The notes under the pieces: generated by a model | Database searches by the model: none | What the model saw: the letters and a program-made list of their open reading frames with translations, nothing else | What the model was told of the DNA's origin: nothing | Part shown: positions 38,961 to 51,703 of the stretch, piece after piece | Position numbering within the stretch: the first letter of the stretch is position 1 | Layout of the letters: the number at the start of each line of letters is the position of its first letter | Assembly (NCBI GenBank): GCA_907165135.1 | Contig: OU015568.1 | Coordinates: 5,394,001 to 5,458,000, forward strand | DNA from: Oikopleura dioica | Taxonomy: Eukaryota; Animalia; Chordata | Length of the DNA stretch: 64,000 nucleotides | Direction: 5' to 3' | Position numbers and translations under genes: made by a program

Positions 38961-40335
38961 GTAGCGACATGAGTCATGTCACATGACCAATGAAAAAGGC
39001 AAAAAAACGGCGATCTTAGGCGACATTTGCCGACATAAAACGACAGTCGGGGACATTCGGCGAGATAACCAGTGTCGCTTTCTTATTTCTTTTGGATTAG
39101 AAGAGATTTCTCAGAAGAAAAGCGTCAAGTTCAATGCCAAAAAGCTTCGTCATCACCAAAACTAATCCTCTTGTTTCCTTCTCTTGATACAGTAACCTTG
39201 AAGCCTCTTTTGAAGCCCGATTCCAAACGTGATGTTTTGATCCCTCTTGAAGTGAGCGGAAGGATTTTGGCAAATCGTCTTGTTGTCACTTTCCGCTTTT
39301 CTCCTTACTGACATCATTCTTTTCTTTTTCCATTTCCGGGAGGGTTGAAAATTGAAAAATCTAAAATTTCAAAGCTCATTTCCAAATTGCGGATTTGACT
39401 GCAAATACCTTCGAAAGCAGCGGCTATTAAAAGTCATCAATTTTGCTCTCTTTTTTCTAAAAATAGAAAAAGGGATGGAAAAGGAAATAACGGGAAGGGA
39501 TGAAACGAGGAAGGGCATAATTGACGTGCCAATGTTGCCAAAAGTCGATTTTTTGTTCAAAAACGATTTGACTCGAAAATTCGGTAATAATCGTTTTCGG
39601 GCTGGTTTTAATCCGCGAATCAAAGGGTTGAAAACATAATATTTTCGTGCGTTATCCAAGATTGCTGCTTTTGCAGGGAAAACGTTTTGGTTTTATCAGA
39701 CCTGCGCGTTTTTAAAAAGTGATAAGACAGTTGTTTTTTGATGTTTCCACAATTTCGTTTACTGTATCCAAGTCACAGTGCTAAAATAATCTTCTTTGAG
39801 TAATTTTTTGTTATGAAAAAGGCTTGATTGAGCTGTTTTTTGATTGAATTCGTTAATTACCCGGAAAAATTCAGACTTGAAACTGGACTAGAATCTTGGC
39901 CACGCATGTCCCTGGGAATTTGATAATCTCTACTTACTAAAGTCATTTTTAGCGGCACTAATTAACGAGAAACACCGTCGAATCATAAAGCTTTTTCTGA
40001 TCTCATCAAATAAGGGTGTCACTTTGTTAACCCGACTTGAGTCAGCTGTAAATTTCGGTCTTAGAAACTTATTTTTCTAGCGCACGTTCTATTTTAACAG
40101 CTCTAGAATCAAGAGAAATCAGCTGAAAAGATAATTTTCTAGCTCATATCAAAAGATCAGCTGATAAAAGTGAAGTTAGCAATACTGAATTTCTGAAAAA
40201 TGAGGAAAAACAGTCAAACCGTAAAAATAGGTTAGTAACACAAAATTGGCTGAAAAAACGAGTTTTCTGTGTTCAACGTAAATTTGTGTTAGATAATACG
40301 TAAGCTCACGGGATTAGGAAATTCGGTTCTTTGTT

Positions 40336-41533
40336 GTGTTCGAGTGACGAGAACGAGTTCCGCTCCAGCGGACTGACGCAGCCTAATTCAGTTTTTGCGC
40401 AAAACAGAGTAGCTCAATTTTCATCCAAGAACACTTGTTTCTTCGTTTTCTTTTTCTTTTATGAACGGAGATACGAGCATCGACATCTTTAAGTAAAAAG
40501 AAGGGGCCCCTTGTTCACCCTCACATTTTCTTTGAGTATGCCCTTGTTGAGCTTTGTGCCACGTAGCCTTTTATTTCCGGGATAAAACTATTCAGGGCTC
40601 GACAATCTGAAAAAGGGGCCCCTTGTTCATCCTCTTTCTTTCTACATGTATCCCCTTATTCATCCTTGCGCTGCGTAGCTTTACAAATGAATTCTGCTCG
40701 ATAATCTGCGCCGAAAACCTGAGTCAGGGTCCCAAATAATTCTTTTGATAATAGTCGCCTAGTTTCTATGAGGACCCTGACTCAGGTTTTCTTCACAGGT
40801 TGCCGAGCCGAGTTCATTTGTAAGGCCACGTAGCCCAAGAGATGAACAAAGGGAAACATGGAGAATGAAAGAGGATAGACAAGGGGCCAGCTTTTTCTGA
40901 AAAGAGCAAGCAGAAAGCTCTTTCTTGAAAGTTTTCTGATGAAATCGCAAACTTGAAAGTTGAACTATCGCTTATTTTATAATTCGGCGACGATGTTATT
41001 TTGGTTTTCTGGCGATAATAAACCAAATATCTCGAATGTTCGGTTTCGAATTTCTCGTATTAGAAACGATTAGCGAATTATATAATTCGAAAATATTTTT
41101 GGTTAAAAAAGACGATAGACACAGACTAAATGCAGCAGCTTATCTGATGAAAAAATGGAAGTTACTTTTTCTAAACTTTACAGAACCCTTAACAGAATCC
41201 CAAATCCTCTTGACTCCTTTAGCCTATCTCATATGTACTAGGCTGATGTCTTGATAAAAATCTACATGATAATTTCTTACTCGAGCAGGGGTCTGGATTT
41301 TGGCCAAAAATGAAAAGCGAAAGCGAAGCGAAAGCGAAAATTTTTCAAAAATTAAAAGCGAAAGCGAAGCGAAGCGAATGAAAATTTCGTGAGCGAAAGC
41401 GAAAATAGGAAAGAACAAAGTAACCTTTTTTCTTTTTATCGGGCTCGGAAACCTGTGTAGAAAACCTGAGTCAGGGTCTAAAAGATCATACGCAGCTTTT
41501 CTTAGATGATATTTCAGACCCTGACTCAGGTTT
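40336..41533 (+). repeat. 1.2-kb direct repeat, copy 1, left flank of the retroelement
   Basis: Matches 55158-56353 apart from two 1-nt homopolymer differences I could see. Confidence 0.95.
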
Positions 41534-41789
41534 TGACGACTAGAGATTCTTGATTAATCTCGAACGACAATTCTTCCTATGATTCCTCCAGTTACTGTCT
41601 CTCTCCTTTGTCCTACACTTCTTTCGCGTCACTTCATATTTTACTGTGCACACATAATTCAGCTTATAATCAGCACTCGTCCCTGCGTTCCATGAGTCCA
41701 AGTTCAACTCCCTTTCAGTTCACTCCATCTCTCAATAAATATCCAATCAAGCTCACCGCTCGAGTCTTGCTTACCAGTTCTTTATTATA
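41534..41789 (+). repeat. 5' LTR (256 bp)
   Basis: TGACGACTAG...TTTATTATA, identical to 54902-55157, with AATAAA near the 3' end. Confidence 0.93.
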
Positions 41790-41791
41790 AA

Positions 41792-41809
41792 TGGTGACTG
41801 AAGAATACT
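41792..41809 (+). promoter_or_regulatory. Primer-binding site
   Basis: TGGTGACTGAAG starts 2 nt after the LTR. The first 7 nt match the tRNA-Trp-type PBS (TGGTGAC). Confidence 0.6.
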
Positions 41810-41942
41810 AAGACGGACTCACAAACCCAGAGATATAACTTTTACTTCATTTTCACTTAAAATTTTTTTCCTGAAGAAGATCAACAAAATCAACAAAAAG
41901 GAGTTTATCAGGAAGGGAATTATTATCCTAAGGTAAAACAAA

Positions 41943-43946
41943 ATGGGAGATGAAGAGGGTGAGGAATCTTTCCCCATTCTCAGAAAGGACTATTTAAAAC
42001 AAAGGTAAAACTTAAAGGGATAAATAAGCCAGGGTTAAACCTCATTCTTAAGTCAATTAATGAAGAAAATTTTGAGAATAATTTTAAGGATAAGCTTAAA
42101 AGGAAGTTTTTGAGGAACTTGAGAAAAAGGTGATACTGTAAGTTTCGGTTCATATTATTATGAGCAGGGGGTGGTTCGTTCAGCATTTATGGCCCCAGTA
42201 TCCGAGCCTTATAAGGATGAAACGGGAGAGGCTATTACAATAAAAGAGTATTATGATGAAATAACAGATATAAATATTAGTGAGATAGAAAGTATGTTCT
42301 TCAAAATAAACGCTGAAATGGTTGAAAACATGGAATTTGGAACTTCAAATGAGAAAGGACAAAAAATGGTCAAAGAAATTATCAATGATCTGTACGGATA
42401 TCCACAATTCAATATACCACTGAATAAATTCATCTATTCTCGAACAAAAAACGAGGCACCTACTCCTGTAACGGAAGCACGCACTCCTGTAAGGGAAGTG
42501 CGTTTTAATCACAATACTTTGCCTAACGAGAACAGTGAACAAATTGAAAGTAAGCCAGGCTTAGATCCAAAAGCAATATCCACTCCAGCATTTCCGAGAG
42601 GAAACATCAGATTTGAAAATCATGATAACACGCAATTTGACGGTTACGCACGTCATGACTTACCAAGACCAACATTTAATGAAACAGCATTTCAGAAAGA
42701 TATGAGAGAGGGGATCAGGAGATCACTCCAAGAAAAGGCTATCTCGGAAGAGGATAAAAGGAGAAAAGAGAGGTCTGCAGGTTCGAGTAATCATTCGGAA
42801 TGGCAGGATACAGGCAATGAGATCATGGAAAATGATCAAGTTTTGGAACAATATGCATTTTTAGAAACAAAGGACCAAGCAAAGGTAAAAGTGAGCCTTA
42901 AACATATAGGCTTTGAAGATTTAAAAATCTTACTTCTTGGTACAATGACAGTGTGTTCGCACTTAGTTTGGCAGGAATTACGGAAGAACGCTTGAGAGTT
43001 ACTCAATTAATTGCCCATCTACGGGATTCTCTTAAACACCAAGTGATAAGGAAATTAGGGCGAATTGAGGGTGTGCCTAAAACCGCGCACGTTCTTTACG
43101 CTCTAGAGGAATGTAATTCAAATACAGCAATTGATTCTAAAAAACGGTTAGAAAAATACCAGATAAGCCTCAGCAGACCAATAATCGAGCAATACCATCA
43201 GATTGAGGAAATAGTGGAAAGAGCTTGGCCTTCTTTGTCAGAAGAGGCCCTGCGAGAGCTTGCTGAGATAAAACTGGTTGAAAAGCTCCCAAAAGCATCA
43301 CTGAGGAGTCATTATTTAAGTTTAGAGGTGAAGACATTGAACAGGGGAGCTTTTAAGCATAATTCAAAAGATAATGGACGCTTCTAAGGATAGTAGAACG
43401 ATAAATATGATCAATAGGCAAGCAAAATGCTTCTCTTGCAATCGACCGGGACATAAGGCAAGCCAATGCTTCTCAAAGAGCAGAAATAATTTGCCACAAC
43501 AATTATTCAGAAACCAAAAATTTCGAGGAGGTTTCCAAAGAGGTCAGGCGCAAGGAAATTTCAGACAAACCTTTGGTCAAAATTTTAATCACAGGGGACC
43601 AAACGGATTTCGGGGACCCAGAGGATCTTTCCGAAAACCATTTGGGAATAGGTTTGATAATCAGAACAGAAATATAAGACCAGCTCCGTCAAAGAATTGG
43701 TCTAAAGATCAAGGAAAAGCAGAATTTTCTTATCAAGGGCGCTCTCAGGATGGCAAAAAGCCTTTTCGAAAATTCGACGGTCAAAATTCCCGCGAAAGAT
43801 ACCAAGGGACCTGCAGTTTTTGCAAAATTCGTGGGCATAAGCAGGAGGATTGCTACAGATTTAAGAAGCAATTGCAGGTAAATTACATCCAGGGAATGGA
43901 TAAAGCCACTAAGGACAGTGAATTTAGAGGGGAATATAAGGACTAA
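41943..43946 (+). CDS. gag: Gag with two CCHC knuckles, four 1-nt frameshifts at homopolymers
   Basis: ATG at 41943 (MGDEEG). ORF pieces rejoin with single-base fixes at ~42000, ~42128, ~42925 and ~43345. CFSCNRPGHKASQC and CSFCKIRGHKQEDC. Confidence 0.85.
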
Positions 43947-46900
43947 TGAGGTCACCTTGTGCGAAAATTTGTATAAAGCAATATTATGGTATCAATGAGT
44001 TTAGAAAAATTACAATAGAAGATGCACTCATTGATACTGGTGCATCAGCATCATTTGTACATAGGCGTTCAATAGTTGCGGATTTCATAGAAAAAGATGT
44101 TTTTTATAATGTAGGAAATATAAAGGAATCAAAAATGCTTGCAATTAGAAAATCTATCTTGTGTAATGTGGTGATTGAGAATAACCCGGAAATACCAAAC
44201 GCGGAATTATGTATACTAGAAGACCCAAACATAGCTACTAATGCCATAATAGGGATGGACCTTTTAGAGAATCGAGAGATGATTGGCAAAAACATAATCA
44301 TAAATCATGATGAAAATGGAATAAAATTTTTGAGGAATATGGAAAAAACGGAAGAGCTTATAGAACCTGAGGTGATATTTGTAAGGAAAACATTAAATAC
44401 ACGAAATAACTCTTTAAATTGTAATCAAACAACTATTTGTCTCCCCGGGGAAATAACAAAAATATCAGTCAAGAAAACACAAAATAAGAATTTAGAAAAT
44501 CACGAAATGTCCGCGGAACTCGTTGAATGCGGACTAGAATCAAGAAATTATCGTTTTAAAAAGGGATTGAGAGAAATTGAATTATTCAATCCAAGTTTAA
44601 ATGCAATTGTTATAGAAAAAGATACGACAATTATGACAGAAAATCATAAACTTGAGGACGGACCAGACATTTTGTTGAACTTTCTGGTATCTGTCGATGA
44701 AATAACTGAGCCAGAAAAACTCGTTTTGGAAAGAGAGTTTAAGAACTGGAAAAAACAAAGAGAAAAATTGATAAAAAATGTATCATTAGATGAAGAAATT
44801 GACAAAGCAGTCGATGGTGCACCAGTAGATTATGCTAAGGGATTAAAAGATGTTCTGGCCAAATATCATATTTCTTTTAGTAGATCTAACAGCGACTGTG
44901 GAATGTCGAAGAAATTTTTAGTAGATTTAAAATTGAAAAACCCTCATATGGAACCGGTTTTTGTGAAACCCTATAAGATCGATGCAACAGCAATGGAACA
45001 AGTTGATAAAAAATTGGAAGAAATGGAAAAGGCGGGAATCATTGAGCCAACCATTTCTTCTTGGAATTCCCCCCTCCTTGTAGTAAAAAAGAGGGATAAT
45101 TCATTAAGAATTGTAAATAACTTTTCGGCAAAAGGGAAATTCGGATCAGTTAACAGCAATTTGCTCCTTCCGCGTTTTCCCCTCTTACCAATTAGAGCCA
45201 TTTTGACAAAAATAAGTTCAGGCATTGCAAAGCTCAAAATGAAATACCCGAAAAGTAAAATCTGCTTCGCATCACTAGATGTGCGAAATGCATTTTACAG
45301 TATATCCATTCGTGAAAAAAGTAGAGACATAACTAGTTTTCAATTTGCCAATCATCAGTTAAGATATTGCCGTATGAGTCAAGGTCTAAGTTCTAGTCCC
45401 TCCAATTTTCAATCTTTTATAACCAAAATAATGAGTAATATTCCGGGAGACGGGGAGGATTTTTTTCCTTCTAATGTATATGGATGATTTTCTTATCATA
45501 TGTGTTGAGGAAAACCACAATGAAACAATTGCAAAGCTTCTTGGGCGCATTGAGGAAAACAACCTCATCATAGCACTTAAAAAATGTGACTTCTTTGGGA
45601 GTCATACTAAATTTTTGGGATATGTTATCAACTCACAAGGAATTAAGGTGGATGAGAAAAAGATAAAGGCATTATTAGATTTAGATTACCCTAAAACAGC
45701 GAAGGAATGCATGAAACTGATAGGGGCATTCAACTTTTACAACAGGTCGATAAAAAATGCATCGGTTTATCTTGAACCAATTGCTAAAGGAAGTGCAAAA
45801 GGAAAAGATTATGAAGTAACTGAGGATATTCGCAAAGGACTTGATGCCATAAAAAATGAGATAAAAAAATGGAATTCAGTCCAGTCATCTTTCCTACGTG
45901 GATGGATCGGATGGAAATTATATCTTTATGGCCTCAGACACATCGCTGACAAAAACTGGAAGCGTTGTAGGAAATTGTAAAATGATAGGAGAAAAGGTCA
46001 CGGATATTTCGATCGCGGCTTACTTTTCAAAAGTTCTTACTAAACAGGAGGGATTGTTGTCAAGTAGAGCCCGCGAATTAATTGGCATTCAATACGGTCT
46101 TAAAAATTTCTCAGATATTCTACCAAAATTTGTTCCAATTTTGGTTTTCTGCGACCATAAAAGTTTAGAGGGAATCAAGCATTCAGGAGAACTTAGAACT
46201 TCAGGAGCAACAAGAGTTAGGGGAGCATTTGCAGAGCTCCTTGATTACCCAAATATTAGGATAGTCTACCTTCCGGGAACAGACCCTCTTATTGAGGTTG
46301 TAGATCACTTATCACGGGGAGACTGTCGCACTGAAACATTGTCAACAGATGTGTTTCATCCAAGTAATTATGTTCACCCCAAAATGGAGATAAATCGGCT
46401 AGTTCAGACAGATATTGTTCAGGCATTTCACAAGGCCCCAGTGGTGGACAGAGAGGCTGTCAAAAGGGCCCAAAGAGCACACCCATATTTTTCAAAAATT
46501 ATCAAAAATAATGACGTAAACAGGGTTTTCACTCTTAACAAAATTAACTACATTATCTCAGACGAAATTTTATACAGACAGGCTTCTAATGGAACCGCTC
46601 TTTGTGTAATTCCAGAACCTTTAGCTTTTGATCTTGTTTCATATGTTCATATTTCATCTTTTCATGCGAGTAAGAAAAGTATGGAAATAATTATAAGGAA
46701 TGAACAAATATGGTTGGAATCGAAAACAAAAATCATTGATCGGGTCTGCAAAAACTGTTTAGCATGTTATCTTGTCAACCCAAACAGATATAGAAGTGAA
46801 AATGCGAAGGTTGTCAGAAAACCAGCCCTTAGAAAACTCGAAAAAATTTATGTGGACTTAATGGAAACAAGAAATGATAATGTGACCAATTACTTTCTCA

Positions 46901-47811
46901 CCATGCTCGATGAGTTTTCATGTTTTTTACTTTTGGAACCGATAAAATCTAAACAAGCAAAAGACGTTATACCTGTACTTATGATAATGATTACTTTCTT
47001 AGGAGCCCAGGGCTCAAGTTTAATAATTTGCGATAACGGCGGGGAATTTATATCTGAGGAAATTATAGCAACTCTTAAGTCCTTATGCATCATCCAAACT
47101 CACATAACACCTTATAATAGCCCAAGTAATCGGGTGGAGCGTGCCCATAGAGACATTCGAGATAAAATGAAATTGGCTAATAAAGACTACTTGAATATCG
47201 AACTTGTTGTGAAAATGGCTGCGAATTATTACAATCATTCGCCGAAATCAAGCTTAGGGAACCATACTCCAATGGAGTTATTTTCCAATATTGCAATGCC
47301 ATCAAATTTCGGAGATTTAGAAATAAAAGAAATAAGACAGGAACAGGAGGTTGACATTTCAGAATACTTGGAAGATTTTGAAACCTTTCAAGGGGAAATT
47401 GCTAAGTTGAAAATTGATCGATACTTACTTAAGTCAGAACAGCTTGAAATACCCATTAAAGAAGGGGATTTTGTGGTCGTCAGGGATCCTAGGAAATTGT
47501 TTGGTCATGAAGCACCAGCAAGAGGACCTTATGAAGTCATTAGGAAAAAATATAGTTCAGCCTTCGAGCTAAGAGAGGTTCTAACAAACAAGCACATTTT
47601 GAGGAATTCTCGCTACTTGATAAGATTACAGCTTGACGATAAAATGTTAGGAATTTTAAGGGCAATAAGTAAGAAAAACATCTTGGATAAGGAGGACAGC
47701 GATTTTGTTAAACTTTTATGGGGTGATAGAACGGTCGTATCATCGCCAATTAACTGCGAGGAAATCAAATATAGTTCCCAAAAAAGACGCAGATATAATC
47801 TCAGAAGATGA
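43946..47811 (+). CDS. pol: Pol polyprotein (protease, RT, RNase H, integrase), two homopolymer frameshifts
   Basis: IDTGAS, LDVRNAF, YMDD, ASDTS/ELIGI/CDHKSL, H-x4-H..CxxC, YVD/CDNGGEF/RVER and GPY motifs. Confidence 0.95.
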
Positions 47812-50609
47812 AGCCAGGTTCCATAATGGGACCAAAATGGACCCTCCTGGTATTCTGTATGTATCATAATGTAAATTGTGCGATTCAAAATAACGACCAG
47901 GCGTCACGTTCAGCTTCAAATCAAATTCTGAACATAACCAAATTACTCGAACCAAACCAACCGAAAAATCATTCACTTATTAATAATGGAATAGCCTTAG
48001 AAAATAACCCATTTTTGGCTTATCACGTATTAGAAACCTATATGTCAAGCATAGAATTGAGTCTTTTCCCCGATGTAATGGATTTTCAACTAGAAAATAA
48101 TAATCACTGTTTCCAGGCACTGGCTAGGAAAAATCTCACAGAAAAGGTGGTAAGGACATTGAACGATTACATATCCGACTATTTTGGGCTTTCAAAGATC
48201 GTGTCATTCTCAGAAAATGACAGAAAACTACTTAATAATATTATCTTACTTAGGGAAAATGAGAGAGAATGTAAAATAGAGCCCGTAATGTGGACATTTA
48301 ATTCAAAACATGGGCTAGAAAATATGTCTGGAAGAATGAAAGAATTCGCGACAGAGCTTTCCGATAGAAAAATATCCACGTTTATACAGCCTGTAGAAGG
48401 GTGTGAGCGAACTCTCAATCCTAATGCTGGATTTAGTCTAAGGTTAAAATTTTTGATATCCCAAACGAAGTTATCGTTCAATATGGGAAAACGCCATTTG
48501 GACTTGTCAAATGGTCGTTAGTCCTAAATATGGACAGAACAAAAATGGTCTGGTCCAATCAACGAGATCATCCGAACCGTTTCATTTTTCGAGATAACAT
48601 AATATCTGACTTTGTTACTTTCCCTATTCCAAAATCAATGCAAAAATGGCACCAAGTTAATGGAAAAGACACGAATTATTTCTATGTCGACCTTGTTTTT
48701 TATTTGGACAAAGAAACCTGGTTCTCTGACCCGACAAAGGAAAATGTCGCGTTCAAAAATAATGATCAAGTTTTTAACGAAGTTTGTTTAAGCCTTCGAA
48801 TACAGGAAATTTATGGGATTGTCTCAGAGGAGAATGATGATTCTGACAGAATTGTTATAAATGGAAAGCCAAGAAATCGTAGAGATCTCAGTTCTGATTT
48901 TACGGTAGGATTATCATTGGTCAACTACATTTTTGATGGGATCGACAGTTTCCGAATACACCATGAATTAAACGAGATAAAAGATAAAATAAGTGAGGAT
49001 GAGTTGCATAATTTAGAACTAGCAAAATTAGAAAAGAATAGCATCGAAGTCGTTAACGATAATACGCGTAAACTTTTGACTCTTCAGAAAGCTGAATGTT
49101 CGTCTGAGCTCGAATTACAGGAACTGAAATTTGAAGTTTTCATTAGAAAAACATTCGACCTTTTTCTGTCGCAGGTTATTGAATTGAAAGCTGAAATAGG
49201 TGCCCAAGCACCCAATTCAAAATTACAAAATTATTTGATAGCGCTTTGCCTTAAAAAGAATAAATTACAAACTGGATGCGCTCACTGGTTCCACAGGAAC
49301 AACTTCGAGTTGGAAGCGGTCGAAACGACATCAAAAACCTACGGGTCAGGAGTTTTATTAGGGGTTAAGTTTTCGGTCAAATTTTTGTTACCATACCTAA
49401 GCCAAATTGAGAAGGTATTTTCAATAGTACAGGTTCCTGTCCCCATAAAAAAGGAAGGAGAGTCATATTACTTTCTTAATTATGATGTGCCAACTTTTAT
49501 TGGAATCGCTAATTCTAACAAGAAAGCTTATCCACTAACTAATTGTCGAAAACTTGAGTTCCTCGGCACACGTTTCTGTCCTATCGACAACATTCTAATA
49601 AACCAAGAGGAAATCGACTGTGCATCAGCCCTTCTGGGGCAATCGATTCACAAATATTGTCGATCAACAGTCTTTAGAAGTAGTCATGACTGCCTCTATT
49701 CAGGAAAAACAGGGGTGAAACATTTGCTCATATCCCATTTCAATAAATTTTCGATCATTGAAGAAAGCGGTCATAAATTGCCAGGGGTCGAGCTTATGGA
49801 AACAAATGTTAAAATCCAAAATGTTACGATGGTTGAAAGGGGAAACCAGGCGAAAACTGTCGTATGTGATAAATCTAGATTCCAGATAAACGCGTTGTCA
49901 AGTGATAAAGAAAAAGAGCTGATCTTGACAGTTCCAAGATTAGAAACAGCTGAAAAGCTGAACATGGAAGAGATAGATTCCAACAACTTTTGGAGTCTCG
50001 GATTTGGGAACTTAGAGAATTTAGAATTTTTGGATGAGTCGAAAGCCTTGGATTTGATCAACTCATATCAAACAAGTTATGAGAACAAAATTGTAAAGAC
50101 AAAGAGTTTTTATCAAACCTTTTTCTGGTGGGTTTCTGACAAAAAAAGTCATTATTATAATAGCCTTAGTTGTAGGAATTATCCTAGCTCTATCAATCTT
50201 CGTGGCTTCCAAGAAATATACATGGATAAGAAAAGTGTTTAAGTTTATTTGGACAATTTTCAAAACAGCCCTTGAATTTTTATGGAAAATATTAGCGGGA
50301 ATAGGAAAGGCAATTTATAAGTTCTTCCGATGGTTAATCGTCGGGCTTTTCTGTAAAGATAAGGATACAGAAAGAGCGGGAACGCCTTCTTCATCAATCT
50401 TAACTTGGAAAAAGCCAGAGGATTCCGATGAAGAAAGTAATCTAATGGAGGGAAGCACTGCCGAAACAAGTTTTACGCAGCAAGCGAAGCCACCAATGCT
50501 CCGGCAGGCTACGAGAGAAAGAGATCTTCCTTTAATCAAGGAGGAACGTTTTACCCGAAATACGGAAAATCGTCGCTCAGTTTTTCGAACCCCAAGAATA
50601 AGGAGTTAA
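47808..50609 (+). CDS. env: Envelope glycoprotein, class I fusion-like, two homopolymer frameshifts
   Basis: Signal peptide, KPRNRR cleavage site (~48866-48883) followed by hydrophobic FTVGLSLVNYIF, heptad region, Cys-rich block, TM VIIIIALVVGIILALSIFV after a 1-nt fix at ~50145, and a long tail. Confidence 0.88.
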
Positions 50610-50624
50610 AAATTCCCATAGAGA

Positions 50625-51077
50625 ATGTCCCTGTACATCACTGATTCATTTGAATCATTGGAAACGGAATACTGTCAGCCTCACCATTCAAAAGAATTTG
50701 ATCAGCTCGTACCCACCCATCTTAGTCGACAACGTCCCATAAAACCCCCAAAACCAATTTTTGTAAGCCAACCGGTCCAAAATAGCCATGTCTTCAGTAC
50801 TCAAGCTAACAACAACGAAATAGATACCATCACCGAGGTCAAGAATAATATAATACAGAAAATTGTAAGATTGCTAGAAAAGATAAATCTTAAATCAAAC
50901 ACTCCAAGTGACAATTTGCAAAGTTTTTACGCGCTCCGAGAAATGAGTCTTACAGCTCTTCTGACGCTTTTTGAGCTGCTAAGACAGTTGAATGAGTCTA
51001 CCTTTACTTATTCACCTGTATTTCCGCTTCTTAGCCAACTATGCCCGTTTTACAGAAGGAAAAATAACCAGAATTAA
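50625..51077 (+). CDS. Accessory ORF, 150 aa, unknown function
   Basis: ATG 15 nt after the env stop, followed by an A-rich region with AATAAA. Confidence 0.55.
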   Translation: MSLYITDSFESLETEYCQPHHSKEFDQLVPTHLSRQRPIKPPKPIFVSQPVQNSHVFSTQANNNEIDTITEVKNNIIQKIVRLLEKINLKSNTPSDNLQSFYALREMSLTALLTLFELLRQLNESTFTYSPVFPLLSQLCPFYRRKNNQN

Positions 51078-51703
51078 CCTGCTAATGTTTCGCTGAAAAT
51101 GTAAAAATGTAAAATTTTTTTTTAGAAAAAGCAAAATTCAAAACAAAAATATAAAATAAAAATTTATTTGAAACAAAAATAAAAATTACAAAAATATAAA
51201 AACCAAAAAAAAAAAAATTTTTTTTTTTCTTCAAGAAAGGAATTCGAGTCGATCCTTTTAAATATATCCTGTTTTATGCTTAGTTTGTTTGCCTTGCCAA
51301 AATACCAAAACACAAAATATTTTTAGAAATATCTTTTATTTAAAAAAGAATATCAATGTAAAATTTTATTCTTCTCCACTGCGAAACCATTGAGTTATCT
51401 TCCAACTGGAATTTATAAATCATTGAAAAATTCAATATGAATATTTACCAAAATCGGAGAATGAAAGCGCAAATGAATTTTAAGAAATTTATAACTGCCC
51501 TCGCAGTTCGAATATTCATTGAATGATTGTTCTCATATGACATTCTGAAATACGGAATATCATGATTTGAACACAAAATAGAAAGATTGAGCAAAAGTAA
51601 AATTTTTGCACAGAAAAATGCTTAATCAAGCCCCAGAGCGGTTTAGATTGCGAATTATATCCCTAAAAATAAGCAAAAAGTAAAGAAAAATTGAGGAAAA
51701 ACA

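Noticed and set aside
41608-41790. 60-aa ORF within both LTRs
   Set aside because: It starts at TTG, is short and appears twice only because the LTRs are identical.
42920-42926. T TTA AAA slippery heptamer as a programmed -1 frameshift in gag
   Set aside because: It is one of eight homopolymer indels in both directions, so consensus error is simpler.
43860-47811. TURBS-like TGGGA motif upstream of the stop-start overlaps
   Set aside because: No exact TGGGA in the ~40-80 nt upstream of any of the three overlaps, so calicivirus-type reinitiation is not supported.
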